Below are positions 1-10,361 of a DNA stretch of 64,000 bases, in pieces. Both the position numbers and the translations under genes were made by a program. The notes beneath the pieces were generated by a model. It was not told the origin of the DNA, searched no databases, and was given only the letters and a program-made list of their open reading frames with translations. The stretch's first letter is position 1; every line of letters begins with the position of its first letter. The stretch covers positions 1,429 through 65,428 of the forward strand of contig DATKGN010000006.1 in the NCBI GenBank assembly GCA_035510735.1. The letters run 5' to 3'. The DNA is from Patescibacteria group bacterium (GTDB lineage: Bacteria > Patescibacteriota > Microgenomatia > UBA10105 > UBA927).

Positions 1-37
1 ATGGAGTTACGGCTGAAATCTGGGAGGATACGGAATA

Positions 38-69
38 AAACAGCCCCATACTTTCGCATGAGGCTGTTT
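38..69 (-). terminator. Stem-loop downstream of the DUF2958-like gene, possible intrinsic terminator
   Basis: AAACAGCC (38-45) / GGCTGTTT (62-69) inverted repeat, T-rich tail on the minus strand. Confidence 0.45.
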
Positions 70-79
70 ATACTTGCTG

Positions 80-394
80 CTATAATTTAGCTTTTGGCAT
101 TACCCGACTGATTGGTTGCTCATCAAAATATCTATCGCGCTCAATACCTAGTCCAAACTTGCCGCGGTAACTTTCAAGCTCTGATAGAGCAAACGACCCC
201 CATTCATCGTTCCAGTCTCCAAAAATGGAAACATATCCGAAAAACTCTTTAGTTTCCGGATCGTATTCGGTTGCGTACCAGGTGCCAGCTCCTGCTGGAT
301 TGAAAAACTTAGCGATTACGACCGGATCGGCTACTTCTTCCTGTCTTCCGACTTTCTCGAATCTTTTTAATAGTCCTTTTGTTAATAGTTGCAT
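80..394 (-). CDS. DUF2958-like protein typical of mobile elements
   Basis: KFFNPAGAGTWYATE..FFGYV..EWGSFALSELE..GLGIERDRYF signature; ATG at 394 follows AAGGGGGTGA SD. Confidence 0.75.
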   Translation of the reverse strand: MQLLTKGLLKRFEKVGRQEEVADPVVIAKFFNPAGAGTWYATEYDPETKEFFGYVSIFGDWNDEWGSFALSELESYRGKFGLGIERDRYFDEQPISRVMPKAKL

Positions 395-441
395 TAATTG
401 TTCACCCCCTTTCTTTTGCTGCTTCCGGAAAATTAATGTAT

Positions 442-553
442 TTGGAAGCATGCCCATGCTTCCAATACTTGGAATTCTTCATGGCGGGGTGAGTTGGGCA
501 AGGGCAAGCGAAGCGAAGTTTATTGGAGGCGAAGCCGGAAACCCTTGCCAAAC
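442..553 (-). promoter_or_regulatory. Hairpin-rich upstream region, candidate single-strand (Frpo/ssi-like) promoter
   Basis: Perfect 10-bp IR TTGGAAGCAT/ATGCTTCCAA (442-465); 11/12 IR GTTGGGCAAGGG (493-504) / CCCTTGCCAAAC (542-553) enclosing GCGAAGC repeats. Confidence 0.35.
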
Positions 554-708
554 GAGGGGCAAGACCCCTATTGTGTGTTAATCCAATGGTATTTAGATGA
601 CAGGTTTCTTCTTCTGATACCGACAGAGTGAAGAAGTTTTAGCCATAACGTACTATAATAGTTAACAGCGCTCGGTACCAAAATAAATTCCGAGATATCG
701 AAATAATC

Positions 709-2949
709 ATGAAACTTACAGACAACGAAAAACGAGATGTAATTAAATATTTAGAGGCAGGAAAGCCACTTCCTGAAAAATATCGTTTTCTTCTTTTCGA
801 TGACGATCGTGAGGTTGAACTCGTATGGAACGGCAAAACAGACGAAGTAACAAATGTAGTATTGCCTTTTCAAACAATAGAACAGATTGACGAACCAAGG
901 AGCGACGCTAAATTTGGCATGCAGGAGACACTTTTTGATACTTCAGGCAGACAGATAACAGGATGGACTAATAAACTTATATGGGGCGATAACAAACTTA
1001 TTCTTTCCTCATTAAAGAATGGGCCTCTTAGGAAAGAAATTGAAGCGCAGGGTGGGTTAAAACTTATCTATATTGATCCTCCGTTTGATGTTGGCGCGGA
1101 CTTTTCTATGGATATTGAAATTGGTGGCGAAGAATTCATTAAAAAACCATCAGTGATCGAAGAAATTGCTTACCGCGACACTTGGGGCAAAGGTGCAGAC
1201 AGCTTTATTTCAATGATTTATGAGCGTCTTCGACTAATGTATGATTTGCTAGCAGAGAATGGAAGTATTTATATTCATTGTGACTGGAGAGTAAATTCAT
1301 ATATGCGTTTAGTTTTAGATGAAATTTTTAATTATTTTATTGCTGAAATTGCTTGGCAAAAATTAAGATCAGTCAAATCTCAAAGCTTACATTTTTCAAA
1401 TATTAAAGACAGTATATTTATATATTCAAAATCAGATAGGTATGTGTTTAACCCTCAATTTACACCAAAGGACGAAAAATTATTAGAGACTCATTACCGT
1501 CATATTGAAGCGGAGACGGGGCGTCGTTATAACCTTGCTGATTTTACACAAAATGGGAGCGGTCAACCTAGAAAGTTTGGAGAGAGAATTATTTCACCGC
1601 CACCAAATAAGCATTGGATTTGGAGTCAAGAAAAAATTGATGAGGGTATTAAAAATGGAATGATTATGTTTTCAAAAACTGGTACACCGTATGTAAAAAG
1701 GTATTTTGATACAGGTGAGGGCACCAGAGTTGGAGATATTTGGGATGACATTTTTCCAGTTAATCAAGTCGCCGCAGAAAGACTAGATTATCCAACTCAA
1801 AAGCCCGAACTACTTCTGGAAAGAATTATTAAAGCATCTTCTAATGAAGGTGATCTTGTTGCAGATTTTTTCTGTGGATCTGGAACTACACTAGCAGTAG
1901 CAGAGCGATTAGGTAGGAAATGGATTGGTGCTGATTTGGGAAAGTTTGGAATTCATACTTCAAGGAAAAGATTAATTGGTGTTCAACGGGAGCTTAAAAA
2001 AGAAGGAAAAGATTTCCGGGCGTTTGAAATATTAAATGTCGGAAGATATGAAAGGGAGAACTTTTTAGCGGTTAATGATGATTTGCGCACAGAAGAAAGA
2101 GAAAAACAAGCTGAACGAAAAGAAAAAGAATTCGTCAAACTAATACTTTCTGCATACAAAGCAGAACCTGTTGAAGGCTTTATAAATATTTCAGGTAAAA
2201 AACGAGATCGTTTGGTTGCAGTTGGCCCGATAAGTACTCCCGTCTCCTCAAAACTTATTCGGGATATTGTGAGTGAATGTAAAGATAAAAAACTCACGAA
2301 AGTTGATGTACTTGGTTTTGATTATGAGATGGGGATGGACCTACAGGAATATAAAGATCAGGGAATTGATATTGTTTTCCGAATAATACCAAGAGAAGTG
2401 TTTGATAAAAAGGCGGTTGAAAAAGATCAAGTCAAGTTTTACGACGTAGCCTACATAGTAGCAAAACCAATAATAAAAGGGAAAGCGAATAGTAAAGAAT
2501 TATCGATTGAATTAACTGACTTTTCAGTATTTTACAATCAGGACGCAACAGAAGAAACAACAGAAGCACTTCGTCCTGGTGGTGAAAAAGTTATTGTTGA
2601 AAATGGACAGGTAGTAAAAATATCAAAAGATAAAGCCTCAGAAATCGTGTCAAAGGAAATTTTGACTAAAAAGTGGAGTGATTGGATTGATTATTGGGCA
2701 GTGGATTATAATTTCGCAAGTAGAAAAGAAATTGTTGCCGAAATTGATAAAGATGGTAACACTATTGAACGCTGGACTGGCGATTACATTTTTGATAATG
2801 AATGGCAGAGCTTTAGAACCAAGAAAAACAGGAACCTTGAGTTAGTTTCAGCGCCAAAAGAAGTTACCAAAGGCACTTATAAGGTGGCTGTAAAGGTTGT
2901 AGACATATTTGGCAATGACACAACAAGAGTTATGGAGGTGACTGTTTAA
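709..2949 (+). CDS. mod: Type III restriction-modification DNA methyltransferase (Mod subunit)
   Basis: IYIDPPF catalytic motif, YPTQKPE, DFFCGSGTT SAM motif (beta-class order); 1 nt upstream of the Res gene. Confidence 0.9.
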   Translation: MKLTDNEKRDVIKYLEAGKPLPEKYRFLLFDDDREVELVWNGKTDEVTNVVLPFQTIEQIDEPRSDAKFGMQETLFDTSGRQITGWTNKLIWGDNKLILSSLKNGPLRKEIEAQGGLKLIYIDPPFDVGADFSMDIEIGGEEFIKKPSVIEEIAYRDTWGKGADSFISMIYERLRLMYDLLAENGSIYIHCDWRVNSYMRLVLDEIFNYFIAEIAWQKLRSVKSQSLHFSNIKDSIFIYSKSDRYVFNPQFTPKDEKLLETHYRHIEAETGRRYNLADFTQNGSGQPRKFGERIISPPPNKHWIWSQEKIDEGIKNGMIMFSKTGTPYVKRYFDTGEGTRVGDIWDDIFPVNQVAAERLDYPTQKPELLLERIIKASSNEGDLVADFFCGSGTTLAVAERLGRKWIGADLGKFGIHTSRKRLIGVQRELKKEGKDFRAFEILNVGRYERENFLAVNDDLRTEEREKQAERKEKEFVKLILSAYKAEPVEGFINISGKKRDRLVAVGPISTPVSSKLIRDIVSECKDKKLTKVDVLGFDYEMGMDLQEYKDQGIDIVFRIIPREVFDKKAVEKDQVKFYDVAYIVAKPIIKGKANSKELSIELTDFSVFYNQDATEETTEALRPGGEKVIVENGQVVKISKDKASEIVSKEILTKKWSDWIDYWAVDYNFASRKEIVAEIDKDGNTIERWTGDYIFDNEWQSFRTKKNRNLELVSAPKEVTKGTYKVAVKVVDIFGNDTTRVMEVTV

Positions 2950-2950
2950 T

Positions 2951-5659
2951 ATGGCACTACACAAGGATTTTCCTCAAGACCCATATGTAATACTCGACCC
3001 GAGTATTAGATGGTTTCCGGCAGAGGAAGATTTGCGTGAAAAGGGAGGGCTAGAAAAATTACTTCCCCCATTGGTCGCTGATTTGCGTATTAAGGTAAAA
3101 GGCTGGAGAGATAAACATTATGAGGGAGCAAACGATACTTCTAGAGCTCTACTTAATTGGTGGTTTAAAGAAGAACATATTATTTACGACCAACATGGAA
3201 CCGCTTCGAAATTCCAATACTATTTTGCCCAACGGGAAGCGTTGGAAACAGTTATATGGCTTTATGAAGTTGCCAAAGTAAAAGATAAATATGATCTTAT
3301 TCGCTATAACTCCACAGGCGTGTTAAGTGCCGGAATGTTTACCGAAGACTGGTTGCGTTTTGTAATTAAAATGGCAACCGGCGCTGGGAAGACAAAAGTC
3401 ATGAGTTTACTTATCGCTTGGGCATATTTTCATAAAAAGTATGAACAGGACTCTCGCCTGGCAAAAAACTTTCTTTTAATTACACCCAACGTCATCGTGT
3501 TTGAAAGAATTAAAAATGATTTCGAGGGATTAAAAATCTTTTTTTCTGATCCGGTTTTACCTGAAAACGGATATCAAGGACAAAATTGGCAAGATGATTT
3601 CCAAGTGACATTACATCTGCAGGACGAGATAAAAACTATTTCTGATACAGGGAATATATTTTTGACCAACATCCACAGAGTATTCGAAGGAAATATCAAA
3701 GATGCTAGTTTGGATGATGAGGATACCTCTTCATATTTTTTGGGTCATAAACCGGTCACAAAAACAAACGATTCAACAGTCGATTTGGGAATGATTGTCC
3801 GTGATATTGATGAACTAATTGTTATCAATGATGAAGCCCACCATATTCATGATGAGAACATGGCTTGGTATAAATCGATATTAGATATCGACAACAGGCT
3901 AAAACAAAAAGGTTCGGGACTTGCTTTGCAACTGGATATGACAGCAACGCCAAAGAAGAATGATGGCTCGATATTTGTGCAAACGATAACGGACTATCCC
4001 CTTGTTGAGGCCATTCATCAAAGAATTGTCAAAAATCCTGTTATTCCTGACGCCGCCAGTCAAGGGAAACTAAAAGAGAATCAAAGCGCACTGTTTAGTG
4101 AAAAATATCGTGATTACATTAATCTCGGAATCGAGGAATGGCGTAAAACCTATGAGACCCTGAAACCTATGGGTAAGAAGTCAATTCTTTTTATCATGAC
4201 TGATGATACTAAAAACTGTGATGAGGTTGCTGAGTACATAAAGACAAGTTTTTTTGACTTGAAAGATGCAGTTCTGACCATTCATACCAATAAAAGCGGT
4301 GAGATATCTGAAAGTGTTACCGGTAAAAATATCGATGAATTAAATTTACTCAGAAAACAGGCCAATGAAATCGATAGTTGGGAAAGTCCTTTCAAAGTGA
4401 TTGTTTCCGTCATGATGCTGAAAGAAGGCTGGGATGTAAAGAATGTCACTACAATTGTCGGTCTTCGACCTTACGCTGCCGATTCCAAAATTCTTCCGGA
4501 ACAAACACTAGGACGTGGTCTCAGAAGGATGTTTTTTGGACAAAGCGATGTCGAAGAATATGTCAGCGTAATTGGTACACCAATGTTCATGGAGTTTGTG
4601 GAGTCGATTAATAGAGAGGGTGTTATTTTGGAAAGAAGAGAAATGGGAGAAGGATCTAAGGCGATTGCCCCAACAGTCATTGAAGTTGATAAAGAAAATC
4701 CTAATAAAAACATTGAAAAATTGGATATCGAGATTCCGGTTATGACCCCAAGAATACAAAGAGAATATAAAAATCTCGCGAGTTTAGATGTTTCCTTGTT
4801 TGGTAACCCTAAAGTTAAAGTTAAAACTTTTACTGAGGAAGAAAAACGGGAAATTGTATTTAAAGACGTAGTTGATGAAAAAACACACCACACGACTGTT
4901 CTGACTGGTGACGTGGAACCTGATTACAGAAGTGTCGTTGGTTTCTTTGCTCAAGCAATAATGCGTGAATTACGTCTGTTTGGTTGTTACGATATTTTAT
5001 TTGGAAATGTTAAAGATTTTATTCAGAATTATTTGTTTGAGACTCCGGTTGATTTGGAAGATCTAAATGTTCTGAGAAATTTATCAGAAGTTGAGTACAT
5101 AAAGCTCATTAAAGATTCTTTTAAAAAGGCAATAAACAACCTAACTGTTCAAGATAGTGGCGATACAGAAATCAAGAACTACATTAAAGTTAGTGAATCA
5201 CGACCGTTTGTTGTTAATGATAAGGCATACTTATTACCCAAGAAATCCGTTTTCAATAAAATTGTTGGTGATAGTAATTTTGAACTAACTTTTGCTGATT
5301 TCATTGAGAATTGTGACGATGTAATTTCCTTCTCAAAAAACTTTCAAAATAAGGAAGCTAGTGCTTTGAGAATCGAATATAAAAACTCGGAAGGTTTTAT
5401 TGCCACTTATTATCCGGACTTTTTTGTGAAAAAGGACGATAAGACTGTTTATATAGTCGAAACAAAAGGTCGCGAGGAAGAGGACGATAAATTGAAATTC
5501 GAAAGATTGCAAAAGTGGTGTGGGGATGTAAACAACCGGCAAACCAGAGTGGAATATAAAGCTTTATACATTAAGCAGGAAGAATGGGAAAAATACAAAC
5601 CAAAAAGTTTTGATGAGACAGTGAGGTTATTTAGTAGATCAATTGATAATAATGCATGA
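2951..5659 (+). CDS. res: Type III restriction endonuclease (Res subunit): SF2 helicase plus PD-(D/E)XK nuclease
   Basis: MATGAGKT, DEAHH, TAT, LKEGWDV, QTLGRGLR helicase motifs; C-terminal YPDF..IVETKG. Confidence 0.9.
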   Translation: MALHKDFPQDPYVILDPSIRWFPAEEDLREKGGLEKLLPPLVADLRIKVKGWRDKHYEGANDTSRALLNWWFKEEHIIYDQHGTASKFQYYFAQREALETVIWLYEVAKVKDKYDLIRYNSTGVLSAGMFTEDWLRFVIKMATGAGKTKVMSLLIAWAYFHKKYEQDSRLAKNFLLITPNVIVFERIKNDFEGLKIFFSDPVLPENGYQGQNWQDDFQVTLHLQDEIKTISDTGNIFLTNIHRVFEGNIKDASLDDEDTSSYFLGHKPVTKTNDSTVDLGMIVRDIDELIVINDEAHHIHDENMAWYKSILDIDNRLKQKGSGLALQLDMTATPKKNDGSIFVQTITDYPLVEAIHQRIVKNPVIPDAASQGKLKENQSALFSEKYRDYINLGIEEWRKTYETLKPMGKKSILFIMTDDTKNCDEVAEYIKTSFFDLKDAVLTIHTNKSGEISESVTGKNIDELNLLRKQANEIDSWESPFKVIVSVMMLKEGWDVKNVTTIVGLRPYAADSKILPEQTLGRGLRRMFFGQSDVEEYVSVIGTPMFMEFVESINREGVILERREMGEGSKAIAPTVIEVDKENPNKNIEKLDIEIPVMTPRIQREYKNLASLDVSLFGNPKVKVKTFTEEEKREIVFKDVVDEKTHHTTVLTGDVEPDYRSVVGFFAQAIMRELRLFGCYDILFGNVKDFIQNYLFETPVDLEDLNVLRNLSEVEYIKLIKDSFKKAINNLTVQDSGDTEIKNYIKVSESRPFVVNDKAYLLPKKSVFNKIVGDSNFELTFADFIENCDDVISFSKNFQNKEASALRIEYKNSEGFIATYYPDFFVKKDDKTVYIVETKGREEEDDKLKFERLQKWCGDVNNRQTRVEYKALYIKQEEWEKYKPKSFDETVRLFSRSIDNNA

Positions 5660-5729
5660 AATTTACTCGGAAAGCTTAAGAGATCCTTTGAGAGGTTTTT
5701 AAATATTTCAAGTGAATGACTGAATTAAA

Positions 5730-6740
5730 ATGATTAAAAAAATAGACAACAAAGAACTGAGAGAAATAATTCAAAGTGGCCACCTAAACGTGCTTGTTGG
5801 TTCTGGGTGTTCTTTAAATTACCTATCAACTTTAAAGGGTATAGAAGATAAGATGAACGTCGAAGCAACCAAAGAATCCGCTCAAAAAGATTATTACAAG
5901 TTGATAAAAAAATCTAAAGCAATCTTATATGAATCACTTGAAACGAATGCTGCTGAAAAGATAAAATTAAGCGACACAAAGGAAAATTATGATTCATTTC
6001 TTACGTTCTGGGCAGACACTGTATCCAAAAGATCTCTTCATATAGTCAATAAACAGGTAAACTTTTTTACAACTAATTTTGACATGTTTATGGAAGATTC
6101 TTGCGAAAGATTAGGGGTTCCTTACAATGATGGGTTCACTGGGCAAATCAATCCGATTTTCAGCGTTGCAAATTTTAATAAAATACAGAAATATAAGAGT
6201 TTACAGTTTGATAACACTTCTGACATACCTCTATTTAATCTAATAAAGCTACATGGATCTGTCTCATGGGTTGCAAAAGGTGAGAAAATTACCTACTCAG
6301 ACAGTTCTCATATCCCAGATAATTTGGCTACCAAATCAGGATCTGATTTTAGTAAACAATACAGAAAAATTGCAGTGATTAATCCTAATGCAGAAAAACA
6401 TTTTGAAACAGTTCTTGATACAAACTATGCTTCAATGTTAAGAAAGTTTACTCTAGAACTTGAGAAGGAAAACAGTGTTTTGGTCGTTGTTGGTTTTTCT
6501 TTAGAGGATAAACATATCAAAGATCTTCTCTATGGTGTCATGAAATCAAATCCTACTTTGATAGTAGTCTATTTTTCTTACTCTCAGTATGACGAGACGC
6601 TCGACAAACTAGAAGAAAAAAAGAATTCAAATTTATATATAATTTCACCTGAAAATAATTTTTCTTTTGAAAAAAGTGTTAAATACCTCTCTGAAGTTTT
6701 TGCACCCCAAAGAGACGATATACAACATGATGAAGAATAG
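5730..6740 (+). CDS. SIR2-family NADase of a Sir2-HerA anti-phage system
   Basis: VGSGCS, TTNFD, KLHGS, GFSLED sirtuin motifs; overlaps the HerA gene. Confidence 0.85.
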   Translation: MIKKIDNKELREIIQSGHLNVLVGSGCSLNYLSTLKGIEDKMNVEATKESAQKDYYKLIKKSKAILYESLETNAAEKIKLSDTKENYDSFLTFWADTVSKRSLHIVNKQVNFFTTNFDMFMEDSCERLGVPYNDGFTGQINPIFSVANFNKIQKYKSLQFDNTSDIPLFNLIKLHGSVSWVAKGEKITYSDSSHIPDNLATKSGSDFSKQYRKIAVINPNAEKHFETVLDTNYASMLRKFTLELEKENSVLVVVGFSLEDKHIKDLLYGVMKSNPTLIVVYFSYSQYDETLDKLEEKKNSNLYIISPENNFSFEKSVKYLSEVFAPQRDDIQHDEE

Positions 6741-8637
6741 CTTCAATCTACAAGATACCCTAGTCAGCAACTCAATATTTGTTATTGGGAGTGTCTTCAG
6801 TGTTAAGGGAAAAGATATTGTAATCAAGGTTAACAAAGATAAAAACCTTCCTCACCTGTTTTTTAAGGGTAAAACAATTAAGAATGTGTCTGTTGGGCTA
6901 TCTAATTATGTAAAAATAACCAAGGGCTTTACTGAGATTATATGCAAGGTTGAAGGTGAATTTTTAGAGGAAGATAAATTTCAAGCAAGTAAAAAATACA
7001 TAAACGAAAAACAAAAAATAGAACGATTCCTCAATGTATCGGTTTTTGGTTTTTATGATAGTGATAATCGATTCCAACATGGCATTAAGGAAATGCCATT
7101 AATCGGTAGTGAGTGTAAATTGCTCACAAGAGATGAATTTGAAATTTTACATCAATTATCTAATGGAACTGAGTTATCAATAAATCTAGGATCACTAATC
7201 GATGAGGAAACCCAAAGCATTAACCTCTCTATAAAGAAATTATTTGCTGGACATATTGGCATATTTGGTAATACCGGATCTGGAAAATCGAATACCTTAG
7301 CAAGGATGTATACAGAGTTATTTAAGTTGCCAAATTTAAATGATAACTTTAATAAAAAATCTAAGTTTATTTTTATAGATTTTAATGGAGAATATTCTAA
7401 AGATAGTGATGATCAAATTTTAACAGCAAATAAAGTTGTCTATAAATTACGAACAAAGGATAATAATGGCTCCAAATACCCAATTTCCAAAGCAGAAATT
7501 GAAAAAATGGAACTTTTATCCATATTGCTTAATGCTACTGAAAAAACACAACAACCATTCTTACATAGAGCTATAGACAGAGACTGGTATGACAACGACA
7601 ACGATGACCATCACAAGGAAGTTCAAAGTATAAACCAAAAGTTAAAAGACATCCTTTTGATGAAAAATAAAGAGTTTAATGTTCCTTTTTTGAAGAAATA
7701 CGTAAAAGACTTTGAACAACTAGGTTTTAAAGTCGTTAATGATAACAAAAATATTGACGATTTGAAATATCATGGTAATGATAATTGTACTTTCTATACT
7801 GGTCAAGGAACTACTGCTGTTTACGCAGATACAAACGAAGGTCATTTTATAGGGGTTGATGGATATTTTAACGTATCTATCTCTACAACTGAAGGTTTGA
7901 GTGACTTGCAAAAAATACAATTCAAAATAATAGACCAATATTACTTTGAGATTTTAAATGGATATGCAAATGATGAACACATCAATCCCCTTATGGGTAG
8001 ATTGAAAAAGCGATTTGACATGTTATCTAAGGTAGTTGAAATTAAGGACTCTTCTCAAACCAACGGAGAAAATGTTGATGTAACACCTTGTAATATAGAG
8101 GTAATTGATCTTAAAAATGTCAATTTTGAACTTAAAAAAGTTGTTCCATTACTTATTTGTAAAACAAACTACGATGAACAAAAAAATAGAAGGGATACCG
8201 ATAAAGAGAATTCTCTTCATATCATAATTGATGAGGCACATAGCATTTTGTCGGAAAACTCAAACAGAGAGGCTGAATCCTGGAAGGATTATAGACTCGA
8301 AACATTCGAGGAAATTATAAAAGAAGGTAGAAAGTTTGGAGTTTTCCTTACAATTGCAAGCCAACGACCGTCTGACATATCGCCAACTATTATTTCGCAG
8401 TTACATAATTATTTTATTCACAAATTAATGAATGAAAATGATTTGAAATCGATTAATAGAGCTGTTAGTTATTTAGATAAACTTTCCTTCGATTCAATAT
8501 CAAATCTTTCTACGGGATGCTGTTTCATCGCAGGACAAATGACACAATTTCCATTGTCAGTAAAAGTAAAACTGCTTGATAAAAATATTCGACCACAAAG
8601 TGAAACAATCGACTTAGATAAATTATGGAAACAATAA
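6727..8637 (+). CDS. HerA/FtsK-like ATPase (DUF87) of the Sir2-HerA system
   Basis: N-terminal HAS-barrel-like region, GNTGSGKS Walker A, DFNGEY, IIIDEAH Walker B, KEGRKFG, SQRPSDIS. Confidence 0.88.
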   Translation: MMKNSFNLQDTLVSNSIFVIGSVFSVKGKDIVIKVNKDKNLPHLFFKGKTIKNVSVGLSNYVKITKGFTEIICKVEGEFLEEDKFQASKKYINEKQKIERFLNVSVFGFYDSDNRFQHGIKEMPLIGSECKLLTRDEFEILHQLSNGTELSINLGSLIDEETQSINLSIKKLFAGHIGIFGNTGSGKSNTLARMYTELFKLPNLNDNFNKKSKFIFIDFNGEYSKDSDDQILTANKVVYKLRTKDNNGSKYPISKAEIEKMELLSILLNATEKTQQPFLHRAIDRDWYDNDNDDHHKEVQSINQKLKDILLMKNKEFNVPFLKKYVKDFEQLGFKVVNDNKNIDDLKYHGNDNCTFYTGQGTTAVYADTNEGHFIGVDGYFNVSISTTEGLSDLQKIQFKIIDQYYFEILNGYANDEHINPLMGRLKKRFDMLSKVVEIKDSSQTNGENVDVTPCNIEVIDLKNVNFELKKVVPLLICKTNYDEQKNRRDTDKENSLHIIIDEAHSILSENSNREAESWKDYRLETFEEIIKEGRKFGVFLTIASQRPSDISPTIISQLHNYFIHKLMNENDLKSINRAVSYLDKLSFDSISNLSTGCCFIAGQMTQFPLSVKVKLLDKNIRPQSETIDLDKLWKQ

Positions 8638-8697
8638 TTTAAATAAAGAGTCCATCTTAAAAGATTTCTTTGAGTGTATAAAAGTAATTTAAATAAT

Positions 8698-9453
8698 ATG
8701 TCCAAATACTACAATCCCAACCGAACACGTAATTTATATAACTCCGATTCTTTGGAGACTTTCCGTATCAGCCGGAGTAAAATTGACCTTTTTATCAATT
8801 GTCCTCGTTGTTTTTATCTTGATCGTAGGTTAGGAGTCGCTCAACCACCTGGATATCCATTTTCTCTCAATACTGCTGTCGATAAGCTTCTCAAGAAGGA
8901 ATTTGACAGGCATAGAGCCAATGGGACAGCCCATCCCCTAATGAAAGTTTATGGAATTGATGCCGTGCCTTTGTCACACGAAAAAATAAATGAATGGCGG
9001 GATTCACTTAGAGCAGGGATAACTTTTAAGATTGATAGCGAAAATGTAGTCATAACCGGCGGGGTTGATGATGTCTGGGTCAAACCCGATGGTGAATTTA
9101 TCATTGTTGATTACAAAGCTACTTCCAAAGAAGAAGAAGTGACGTTAGATGCTGACTGGCAAATCGGCTATAAACGCCAAATGGAGATATACCAGTGGTT
9201 ATTCCGAAAGAATGGCTTTCGCGTCTCCACAACTGGTTATTTTGTGTATTGTAATGGCAATACTGACAAAGAAGCTTTTGACGGTAAACTGGAATTTGAT
9301 ATTAAGATTATTCCATATGTTGGTGATTATTCCTGGGTCGAGAAGACCGTCCATGAGGCTATTGAATGTTTAAAAAGTGATACTCTTCCGGAATCCGGAG
9401 ACGATTGTGATTACTGTAAATATCGAAAAGCCGTTAGCCGTTTTGAAAAATAG
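8698..9453 (+). CDS. Cas4/RecB/AddB-like PD-(D/E)XK nuclease, probable Fe-S or Zn binding
   Basis: ISRS..CPRCFY, GGVDD..IIVDYK, QMEIY, C-terminal CDYC. Confidence 0.8.
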   Translation: MSKYYNPNRTRNLYNSDSLETFRISRSKIDLFINCPRCFYLDRRLGVAQPPGYPFSLNTAVDKLLKKEFDRHRANGTAHPLMKVYGIDAVPLSHEKINEWRDSLRAGITFKIDSENVVITGGVDDVWVKPDGEFIIVDYKATSKEEEVTLDADWQIGYKRQMEIYQWLFRKNGFRVSTTGYFVYCNGNTDKEAFDGKLEFDIKIIPYVGDYSWVEKTVHEAIECLKSDTLPESGDDCDYCKYRKAVSRFEK

Positions 9454-9456
9454 ATC

Positions 9457-9816
9457 ATGGACAAAGAACATCATGATAGTTTTGGAGATTTCTTAGGAGC
9501 ACTTTTCCAATTATTTTTACTAGGTGCGATTATATATTTTCTGTTTTTAGTCATTTGGGGAATTTTCAAGTTAGTTTTGTGGTTACTCAAACGTATTTGG
9601 CAATTAATAACGTGGGTATGGTTTCAGATTAGAAAACACGCCGTCTTACAATACAGAATAAATAGGCTAAACTTGGCCACTCATGCTTTTCTTTTGAGAC
9701 ACGGCAAGATTAATCGAATTATGTTATGTATCCGTACCTATTTCTTAATCTTTTGGACAAGTCGACCATCCGAGTTATTTAATAAACTGAGCAAATCAAT
9801 AGATACGAACGTTTAA
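9457..9816 (+). CDS. Hypothetical membrane protein
   Basis: Long hydrophobic Trp/Phe-rich N-terminal helix then basic tail; 3 nt after the previous stop. Confidence 0.55.
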   Translation: MDKEHHDSFGDFLGALFQLFLLGAIIYFLFLVIWGIFKLVLWLLKRIWQLITWVWFQIRKHAVLQYRINRLNLATHAFLLRHGKINRIMLCIRTYFLIFWTSRPSELFNKLSKSIDTNV

Positions 9817-9844
9817 AAAATATTGACCGTATTAATTAATATTT

Positions 9845-10357
9845 ATGGCAATAATTAGTAATAAATACTCACTGAAAAAAGCTTGTTTAAGAAATTCAAA
9901 AAACTTACTTAAGGAATCAACAAGATTACTTAACCGAAAAAAGTATGCGTGGGCTACCTTTCTAGCTATAACCTCCTTCGAAGAAAGTCAAAAGTTAGGT
10001 CTTTTACACATGCTTGAGGCTAATTACTTATCTGAATCTAAATTTAATAAATTTTGGCGAAGTCATGAGTATAAAATAAGGTCAAAAGATGCACGTATAA
10101 GATTTAATTTCGATACCAGCGAAAAAATAAAACCTACGTTAGTTTTAGGATCAAAACAAGAAGCTCATGAGGTTATGAATATGCGAGAAAGTTGTTTATA
10201 CGTCGATTTTGCCGAAAAGTCGATATCTGAGCCTCTCAAAATCAACATAGCGATTGCTATACAATATATCAATGAAGCAACCAGAGAGCTAGAGTCCGCT
10301 AACTTTTTAGAGTTGTTACAAAAAAGGTTACATAGAGTACTTAAAGTTAAAAAATAA
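9845..10357 (+). CDS. AbiV-like HEPN-domain abortive infection protein
   Basis: ACLRNS..LL..A.FLAITSFEESQK helix, RSHEYK motif, RESCLYVD. Confidence 0.7.
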   Translation: MAIISNKYSLKKACLRNSKNLLKESTRLLNRKKYAWATFLAITSFEESQKLGLLHMLEANYLSESKFNKFWRSHEYKIRSKDARIRFNFDTSEKIKPTLVLGSKQEAHEVMNMRESCLYVDFAEKSISEPLKINIAIAIQYINEATRELESANFLELLQKRLHRVLKVKK

Positions 10358-10361
10358 AACT

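Noticed and set aside
225-581. 118-aa plus-strand ORF and similar antisense or overlapping ORFs (e.g. 39412-40014, 53402-54016, 59345-59935)
   Set aside because: Shadow frames of well-supported genes with no recognisable motifs
8698-9453. Cas4-like gene as evidence of a CRISPR-Cas locus
   Set aside because: No cas1/cas2 or effector genes and no repeat-spacer array were seen in the window
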